Shown: piece after piece, positions 62,325 to 64,000 of the stretch
Layout: each line of letters begins with the position of its first letter
Numbering within the stretch: position 1 is the stretch's first letter
Origin: Cyanophora paradoxa CCMP329
Taxonomy: Eukaryota; Plantae; Glaucophyta
Assembly (NCBI GenBank): GCA_004431415.1
Contig: QPMI01000036.1
Coordinates: 519,163 to 583,162, forward strand
Direction: 5' to 3'
Length of the DNA stretch: 64,000 nucleotides
Translations under genes and position numbers: made by a program
Notes under the pieces: model-generated
What the model saw: the letters and a program-made list of their open reading frames with translations, nothing else
What the model was told of the DNA's origin: nothing
Databases searched by the model: none

Positions 62325-63044
62325 ATGGCCACCGTCCGCAACGCCAACGAGATCGACCCCGCCAAGCTCGCCTTCGAGATCGACGCCACGGCCGCATCAA
62401 GGCCAAGTACGACGGCCTGCAGGGCCTCATGATGTACGCGCCGCCATGGTCACGATCAACCCGTGCATCAACACAGAGCAAGGCAGGCGTGGAGCGACGA
62501 GAGAAGCCTTCGTCATGGAAGAAAACGGCGGATTTACACGCTGGACCTCACCGATCTCAGCGCGTCGACGGCCAGACGAACCCAGCCGCGGACGAGTTCC
62601 TCAACTGCTGGAGCCTGACGCGAAATTCTGCGAGTTCGTGCAGCAGAACCAGGCCAAGCTCAAGGTCTCGCCCGGCCGCTCCCTCTCCAAGATCAGATCT
62701 CGGTGCTGCAGACGCCCAGCGTGCGCATCAAGTCGACAAGGAGTCGGGCCAGGCTTCTACAAGTACCTCACATGCGCATCCGCACCCAGACGATGGCGGC
62801 AAGCGCAGACCGTGCCCGTCGTCGACATGTCCAACTACCTCATCACCGAGCGCGCCACATCGCACCGGAACCTGGTGGGGCGCTCATTAAAATCGACACC
62901 GCTACGCCATCCCGAGGGCAAGTTCGGCCTCAAGTGGTCCTTCTCGCCGTGCAGCAGTGCAAGGTCGGCGCCTTCGCTTCGCCGGCGCGCCCCGAGCTGG
63001 CCTTCAAGCCCTACGACAACGAGGCGATTTCGAGCCCTACCTAA
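62325..63044 (+). pseudogene. Probable viral OB-fold ssDNA-binding protein, multiply frameshifted
   Basis: Reconstructed MATVRNANEIDPAKLAFE..DAKFCEFVQQNQAKL..TPSVRIK..VPVVDM..LVGALIKID..GKFGLKWSF. The layout and terminal GKFGxxW strand resemble SSBs of large eukaryotic DNA viruses. Confidence 0.55.
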
Positions 63045-63116
63045 ACCCCGAGTCTATGTACGCAGCCCCCATGCAGTAGCTCGGACGAATAAATTGTGAA
63101 TTTTTGGTGCAATTGA

Positions 63117-63892
63117 TTACACGCGTTTACACTCAAGGCCGTTGAACTTGCGCCCACCGCCTGGGCTCCGCCGCCGTCGAGGCCGCCGCCTCCGTACCTC
63201 CTTCATTACCTCCGGGTTCGCGTTCGCCGCGTGCACCGCCAGCACCGTCTGCACCAGGCCATCCCCAGCGCGCCTCGGGCCCAGGGTCACGTAGCGCGAG
63301 TACTTGATCACCAGCTCCTCTAAGATCGCTGCACTGGTCCATCGAAGAGAGCGTCGCTGCCCGAGCCGTCGAGCTTCAGGCCGATCGGATCGTACGCCTT
63401 GTTCAGGTGCTCAGCGAGTGCATGCCGCATCAGAAGAGGCGCGCCGCCTCAGCGAACCCGCGTGCTCAGCTCGCGCTGAATCTCCTCTACTCTTCCTTCA
63501 GCTCGTCCAGCGGCGTGGCCGCTCAGCTTCTTCGTGGACGTAGCTCGCCCCGAACGAGCGCGGTACTGCGCGATCTGTCGCAGGACCTGCTTCTTCTGTC
63601 CACGTCCACCTGCGCCTCGTCCCGCGGCCGCTCCTGCAGGTCGATTCCAGCGCCTTTTCACGCTCTGCTCCTTCTTCTTCGTCATTTCGATGTGCTTGCA
63701 CGCTGAAGCCGCGCCCTTGCTCGGCGCCGTCGGCGGCACCGCGGGCCGTCGCCCAGCGCCATCTTCGCCTTCGGCGCCTTCTCCCCCTTTTCCTTGCCCT
63801 CCTTCGCGGGCGGCCTTCTTCCGGGCTGCGGATCCCACGGGTTCGGCCGTCCACGGCCAGCGCCTCGAAGCCAAGCATCGCGAGGGGTCCAT
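63117..63892 (-). pseudogene. Frameshifted orphan ORF
   Basis: Coding-like fragments in alternating frames (KHIEMTKKKEQSVKR; LVIKYSRYVTLGP..GLVQTVLAVHAANANPEVMKE). Confidence 0.35.
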
Positions 63893-64000
63893 CCTTTACG
63901 CCTGCCCCTTAGAAATATTTTTCACTCCGAGGTCAGCTCGACGAGAGCTCGATGTAAAGCCAGAGCTTCTCGCGCAGCTCGGGCCCGCTGCCGTAGAAGA

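Larger units (their letters stand above)
49000..64000. mobile_element. Endogenous DNA virus-like element (left boundary approximate; continues past the window)
   Basis: Switch to compact, mostly intronless ORFs; viral-type exonuclease, UL9-like helicase and SSB-like gene; orphan membrane proteins; element-specific palindromes and iterons. Confidence 0.8.

Noticed and set aside
49000-64000. Capsid, packaging ATPase, DNA polymerase or integrase genes; tRNA/rRNA genes
   Set aside because: No diagnostic motifs recognised in the window, so the element's class cannot be assigned.

Overview
GC-rich, intron-dense eukaryotic (algal/protist) DNA. About 1-48.9 kb is host genome with compact genes and ~60-nt GT-AG and GC-AG introns: calcineurin B-like, a tyrosine phosphatase, ASCC2, galactokinase, a SirB1-like protein with a Phe-type transit peptide, a repetitive coiled-coil gene, a duplicated TPR-like gene (one copy hit by an insertion with a 9-bp TSD), a SNF2/DDM1-like remodeler, an ATP-grasp ligase, MAK16 and a BORCS6-like gene. 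It also holds a composite satellite and AT-richer degenerate relics. From ~49 kb to the window end the sequence switches to densely packed, mostly intronless ORFs that look like an endogenous DNA virus or mobile element. It encodes a YqaJ/lambda-type exonuclease, a herpes-UL9-like origin-binding SF2 helicase, a probable OB-fold ssDNA-binding protein and several small membrane or orphan proteins. The helicase gene is bracketed by 50-bp palindromes (GC-rich inverted boxes around an AT-rich core, oriS-like), which also form a tandem array after the exonuclease. A second iteron family forms a large inverted repeat at 60.5-61.05 kb. No capsid, packaging ATPase, polymerase or integrase was recognised in the window. 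All family assignments are by motif recognition, not database search.
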